Shown piece by piece: positions 61,685-64,000 of a stretch of 64,000 bases of DNA (its first letter is position 1; each line of letters starts with the position of its first letter). The notes beneath the pieces were generated by a model. The model had not been told where the DNA came from, searched no databases, and worked only from the letters and a program-made list of their open reading frames with translations. The stretch spans positions 98,951 through 162,950 of the IMG/VR virus record IMGVR_UViG_3300031992_000021. One strand, 5' to 3'. A program made the translations under genes and the position numbers. Source of the DNA: a virus (taxonomy: Duplodnaviria > Caudoviricetes).

Positions 61685-62431
61685 TCAAGAAACCCCCTTC
61701 TCGCAGTTCCCCCATGGCACCTGCCTGATCCGCAGGTGCTCAGGGAACTTCGTGATGTCCCGCTCGCACTTCCCGTCCAGATCGATCTGCTTCACGAACA
61801 CAGGCACGTTTGCCGCCCTGCACTGCTCTACGATGGACTCGATCCATTCGAGCTTGCACGGGCGCCTGTTCGATCCGCTCTCGCAGCCTACCGCCACCCA
61901 CTTGAACATCTCAACCATGTCGCACATGTCTATCGGACCAAGCAGAGGCTCGGCCGACAGCCACATCTTGTGGCGGAACGGTATCGCCGCCGCATAGTCG
62001 ACTCTTCTGTTGAACCATTCCTGGTTTTCCGCGGTGAACCCGAAGTACGCGTTCGGCACCTCCGAGTAGTCTCGCAGAGTTATCAACATATTGTCAACAC
62101 GCTTCGTGCAGAACAGGTATGTCGCGTCGAACGGCCTCTTTCCTCCTCCATGCGGATCGAAGTAGAACAACTTATCAAGGATGGACATCGACTCCTCTTT
62201 GGAGATCCAGTCCCCCCATAGATCCGTCATGTTCCCGCAGAACACGACACCTGACTGCGGAGGCGTTTTCTTGTTCGTCTTGTGCGGCTCGAACGACTGA
62301 CCGAACCTGTCAACCGTCGCGCACCTCGCATAGCAGTTGTCGCACGCCGGCGAGATTGGCTTGCATCCCAGCCATGGATTCCACGGCTTATCCCAGTAGA
62401 CAGCCCTTGGCCATTGAATGAGGTCGCTCAT
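61685..62431 (-). CDS. Phage Gp37/Gp68 (DUF5131) radical-SAM-like protein
   Basis: WNPWLGCKPISPACDNCYA, MTDLW, TKR, SAEPLLGPI, WVAVGCESG, PVFVKQ. Confidence 0.88.
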   Translation of the reverse strand: MSDLIQWPRAVYWDKPWNPWLGCKPISPACDNCYARCATVDRFGQSFEPHKTNKKTPPQSGVVFCGNMTDLWGDWISKEESMSILDKLFYFDPHGGGKRPFDATYLFCTKRVDNMLITLRDYSEVPNAYFGFTAENQEWFNRRVDYAAAIPFRHKMWLSAEPLLGPIDMCDMVEMFKWVAVGCESGSNRRPCKLEWIESIVEQCRAANVPVFVKQIDLDGKCERDITKFPEHLRIRQVPWGNCEKGVS

Positions 62432-64000
62432 TTATCCTTCCCTCCACCCTCTGCGTCAGACTTTTTTATCCCGAACAACTTGCGATCCTCTTCCGTGATG
62501 AACGGCTCCGCGTACTTCAGAGAATCGGATGCTAAGCTCTCAAGCCGTGCCAATTTTTCAGGAACCTCCACACCTTTGCTCCTATAGTTAAACTCGCACA
62601 CCTTTGATATGAAATCGCGGCACAGTCCAAGGCTTGAATAGCAGACAGTGAGAGCCTTGTGCTCAAGATGCTTGCCGAGCCCTTCGACAAACCCATTGAA
62701 CTCTTCTTCTGTCAGCGGAGAAGCCTTCTTCTCTTCCGCGCTTTTTATTTCCTCAGACATTAGATATCTCCTTTTCTTTTTCTTCCTTCTTGAACTCCAT
62801 GAGCCACTCGGCGCCTAGACTTCATCTCCTGCGTCAGGATCGGACTGTATCGTCATGCCCTTCACTGACTGCGCAAGCGTCTTGGCCACATGCGCCTTGA
62901 TCTGGTCTGCCATCACGCGGAACACCCAGTTGCCCTGCCCAACCTCGAACAGCGCCATGTTCTCGTCGACACGCTGCTTGATCGTCCCCTTGAGGCTCTC
63001 CGACATTTCGGCAACCTGATGCAGAATCTCTTCGTCGAACGACCTTCTGACCTCTCTCCTGATGTGATCACGCGCTTCCGTCGTAAGCCTGATCATGTTG
63101 TCGTCCCTGTGGGGACACCAGATGCCGAGGTTCGTGCTGCCGTGGATGACTGAGATGATCAGCTTGTCGATCCTCTCCGACACCTGCTTCTTCACCTGCT
63201 CCTCAATAGTCCTCAACACGATCTCCTCGACGTTCATCCCAGGAATAATCATCGTCGGCACGTCATTACTGACCTTCTGCTTTTTGACGCCAGAGCCGAC
63301 TCCAGACTTCGCCATTCTTTTATCAGTCTTCATTCTATCGCTCCTTTTCTTTTTCTTCCATGAAGTCATCCATTGTTCCTTTCCTCATATAGCACCCGCC
63401 TGACAGTATGCTCGATCGCTTCTCTAAGCGAGTCGCTGTAGGTGATCTTTTCTATGAGAAGGCGCATCATCATGTCCTCTACAATGCGACGGTGGTTCAC
63501 CATAAGGTGATCCACCATCTTCTTCTTGAAAGCTTCGATGTCCGGACCAAGGTCGATCGACTTAATCGCTGCGCTTGCCAATGGTCCGAGCTTGATCTCT
63601 GTTGTGTTGTTCCATCCGATTTTATCCCTTACAATCAAGAGATCCTTGAACTCCTCGCATTTTGTCAATGCCTCAAGTAGCGCCTGCTTGATCAGGTCTG
63701 CGACCTCTTCTGGAGAGAGCGACTTGATTCCGTCCGAGATCACCTTCTCGAAAGTTCCGCTCTCGATCTCAATGTTAAGCTTCATTTCTTTCCTCCTGAT
63801 TTTCCTGTTTTTCACGCGTCCTTTGACAACAGCGCAGCAGTAGCGCAGATGTTTTCGACCTTCGACTCGAACCTGTAAGGCAGTTTCCCTCCGTTTATGT
63901 CGGACAGGATCTTGTCAAGACGCTCACCTTCCTCCTGTACCCTTTTAAGGCTTGCATGTGAAATGCCGTCAAGCATCTTTAGCACTGCGCGCCTGAAGCA

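Larger units (their letters stand above)
30442..64000 (-). other. Accessory/early region of densely packed small hypothetical phage genes
   Basis: Dozens of 50-400 aa minus-strand ORFs with GGAG-type SD and ATGA-type overlaps; few recognisable domains. Confidence 0.8.

Overview
The window is a segment of a large (jumbo-type) tailed-phage genome with essentially all genes on the minus strand. Positions 1-11.8 kb hold a probable virion/inner-body gene block. Its proteins carry glycine-zipper helices and a recurrent (E)K-x-A motif. It includes a 1785-aa protein joining a family-I inorganic pyrophosphatase domain to a fused RNA polymerase beta + beta'(N-terminal half, NMDHDGD) chain. Positions 12-15.9 kb encode a lipoprotein, a GT25-like protein and a permuted NlpC/P60 enzyme. 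Positions 15.9-18.07 kb hold a 25-gene tRNA array, all with encoded CCA. It sits behind a sigma70-type promoter, a 46-codon leader ORF with mutually exclusive antiterminator/terminator helices, and an rrn-like boxA. This leader looks like a codon-sampling, ribosome-stalling attenuator that would switch the tRNA array on when translation is starved, and it is the most striking candidate system here. Positions 18.6-30.4 kb encode a small ART/KptA-fold protein, a GpA-type terminase large subunit, a lipoprotein metacaspase, an atypical tRNA-like gene, tRNA-Ile2 and an RRM protein. Positions 30.4-64 kb are a dense accessory region of small hypothetical genes with several expanded paralog families, DUF3307, DUF4406, a DNA methyltransferase and Gp37Gp68. 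All family assignments were made by eye from motifs, not from database searches.
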